A program made the position numbers and the translations under genes. DNA of 63,995 bases, the filler included, from Diploschistes diacapsis (Eukaryota), in NCBI GenBank assembly GCA_023645945.1. It is 5 parts of 5 records of this genome, joined end to end, with 100 filler letters (N's around TTAATTAATTAA, not from the genome) between each part and the next. Parts side by side here need not be neighbours in the genome. Positions count along the whole stretch, not along the records: positions 52,359 to 63,995 come from JALAIB010000814.1; 4 more parts are not named here. The stretch is one strand, 5' to 3'. The stretch's first letter is position 1. Each line of letters opens with the position of its first letter. This document shows, piece after piece, positions 61,802-63,995 of this stretch. The notes beneath the pieces were generated by a model that was not told where the DNA came from, did not search any database, and saw only the letters and a list, made by a program, of their open reading frames with translations.

Positions 61802-62230
61802 GGTTGCGATGAGCATATATCTAGCTCACCTACTATAGTCACCAAATAAACTAGTCTAGAGTCTAGAGGAATGATTGCCTTGTAAGGCGTGAAGCACGGG
61901 CTAAGTGTAACATGTGACCCCGACCGCTCGGCCATTGATCCGTGCTCTCTTTGGGCAGATCTGACAACCACTCTTAGCGTTGCTCAACAAAAATGGAACT
62001 TGAACTGACCGTCGAACGCCTATTATCACCGGTTCAAATCATTCCGCCAACCTGCCTCGGCGCTCTGCCTGATCCTATAAATCCACCAGGTACACATTCC
62101 CCTTGGATGTTTTCTCTTTTCCTCTCTTCTCCAACCTCTGCCATGCCGCCACTCCCCTAGCCGTACGGTCCGTCCGCGCTCCCGGCTCAACAACTTCGTC
62201 CTCATCGTCGAACCCGCCGCGCAAACCGAA

Positions 62231-63422
62231 ATGCTCGACCCCTTTCTCCCTTCCCCCGCCCTTCTTACCCAGGCCATCACTCCTGTGGCATCCTTCTTCA
62301 ACCTCACCACCCTCCCTCTCCATGCGCACGAAGCCTTCCTCACCTGCGCCTTCTACACGATCCTGTACCTCTCCATCGCTCCCCGACTCTCCAGGCTCGT
62401 CATCCCCGACGTCTACGCCTCCTTCAACACCCGCACGCGGATAAACTGGAATGTGCACATCGTGTCCTTTGTGCAGAGCTGTCTGGTCTGCAGCGTGAGC
62501 CTGTGGGTCCTGTGGGTGGACGACAAGAGGGCAAATCTGGACTGGAAGGGGAGGGTGTGGGGGTACACGGGCGCGACGGGACTGATCCAGGCGCTGGCGC
62601 TCGGGTACTTCATGTGGGATTTCTTCATGTGTGCGCGGTATGTGGGGATTTTCGGATGGGGAATGCTGGCGCATGGGCTTTCCGCTCTGCTCGTTTTTAG
62701 TCTCGGCTTCGTAAGTTCCCCATTTCTTTGGCCCTTTCAATCCTCAAGCGCTGCTACTACATCTCTCCCAGTAAGCCGAAGCAGCGCAAAGCCGGCTTAG
62801 TCCCACCGTCATTGAAGCCGCTTATGGCTAACAAGGACGGCATCCACAGCGTCCCTTCGTAAACTTCTACGCCCCAACCTTCATCCTCTACGAGCTCTCC
62901 TCCCCCTTCCTCAACATCCACTGGGCCCTCGACAAGCTGCACCTGACGGGCTCGACCTACCAGCTCGTGAACGGCCTCTGCCTCATCACCACCTTCTTCT
63001 GCTGCCGCCTCATGTGGGGCACCTACCAGTCCCTCCGGGTATTCATGGACGTCTGGACTGCGCTCGCCTCGCCGGGCACGCATGCCGTGCCCGCGGCGCC
63101 CTTCGAGATCCCCGCCACCGTGCCCAGCGTCAACGAGAAAGCAGAGGTCATGCGCTTCGCGGGCGACGCCATCGTGCCGCTGTGGCTGGCGGCCACGTAC
63201 CTGGGCAGCAATGTCGTGCTGAACGGGCTGAATTGGTGGTGGTTCGGGAAGATGGTCAAGACGATTAGGGGCCGGTTTGAGCCGGGGGTGAGGGAGAGGG
63301 GGGAGACGAAGAAGGAAAAGGGGGAGGAGGGCAAGGCGGGAGCTAATGGAGTAGTTATGAGTGTGGGGAGCGGGGCGGTGGCTGATGGGGGTGCGGAGAA
63401 GGTGAGGAAGAGGAGGGTTTGA
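62231..63422 (+). CDS. TLC-domain (TRAM/LAG1/CLN8; TMEM56/Tda4-like) membrane protein, intron about 62711-62849
   Basis: MLDPFLPSP, NWNVHIVSFVQS, GYFMWD, MLAHG, LYELSSPFLNIHW, LNGLNWWWFGKM. Confidence 0.9.
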
Positions 63423-63995
63423 GGGAAAGGATACGTGGGGGCTTGAGGGAGGAGTAAGGAAGTCCTTTCTTGTTGTTTCTTTCTTCGGCGGGCTATACTA
63501 TTTCGCGGGGTGGGCCCCCTTCCCTTTTCACGAGCGGGAGTTCGACGTCCTTCTGGGCTTCGTTGTGGATCTGGTTGGATAGAGGCGCGGGTTGTAGATA
63601 TATACATATTAATAAGGTACGCATATGAGGCTGTGCCTAGTTATTCCGTTTTGGTGGCGAGTTGTTATGCCATAGAGCCTTGGCTTCTCAATCCTATCTG
63701 CTCCGTCAGTCTCGAAGATCGATGTTCTTGCGTCCTCTCCCCGAGGATAGACGCGGCGGAGAGGATACTATGGCCGAGGGACCCAAAGGAAACAAATATA
63801 TCAACAGTGACTTCAATATTTTTCAGGCTATTATGACCGATTCCATTATTTAATCAGCTCCTATGCTTCGCTGCACCGTTCACTGCCGAAGCAACCATGA
63901 ACCTACACACATACAAACCCAAACCCCTCCAAAGCATCACCCACCCTTAGGTACACACCAGCCACTCACCTTCTATCCCGCCATCTCATCCAACC

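Noticed and set aside
1..63995. tRNA, rRNA or snRNA genes
   Set aside because: No cloverleaf or recognisable structural RNA found by eye. tRNAscan-SE or Infernal would be needed to exclude them.

Overview
Eukaryotic, intron-containing DNA of a filamentous ascomycete (Pezizomycotina-type genes, short GT-AG introns with CTRAC-like branch points, RIP-like relics). The window is not continuous. It is five contigs of about 12-13 kb (1-13022, 13123-26136, 26237-39200, 39301-52258, 52359-63995) joined by artificial 100-nt N44-TTAATTAATTAA-N44 linkers. Most of it is housekeeping genes (MAK16, MSS1, Fta4, CCT4, RPT1, RIO2, RPN1, PRP3, RPA190, mitochondrial SerRS, a TLC protein, an RRM protein), plus a GH27 alpha-galactosidase and a secreted alpha/beta hydrolase. 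The standout is contig 4 (42931-51831), a three-gene candidate sulfated-glycan locus: a secreted arylsulfate sulfotransferase divergent from an intronless membrane-anchored GT43 glycosyltransferase (a family typical of animals and plants), followed by an intronless membrane-anchored NDP-sugar 4-epimerase fused to a degenerate GT77-like domain. Also notable are an orphan 282-aa protein with seven GxLxGRKGYN motifs, two copies of a Fot1/pogo-type MITE (one apparently nested in a second MITE), a foldback-like 17-bp array, and a RIP-destroyed insertion between CCT4 and RPT1. All calls come from motif recognition only; no database searches were run.
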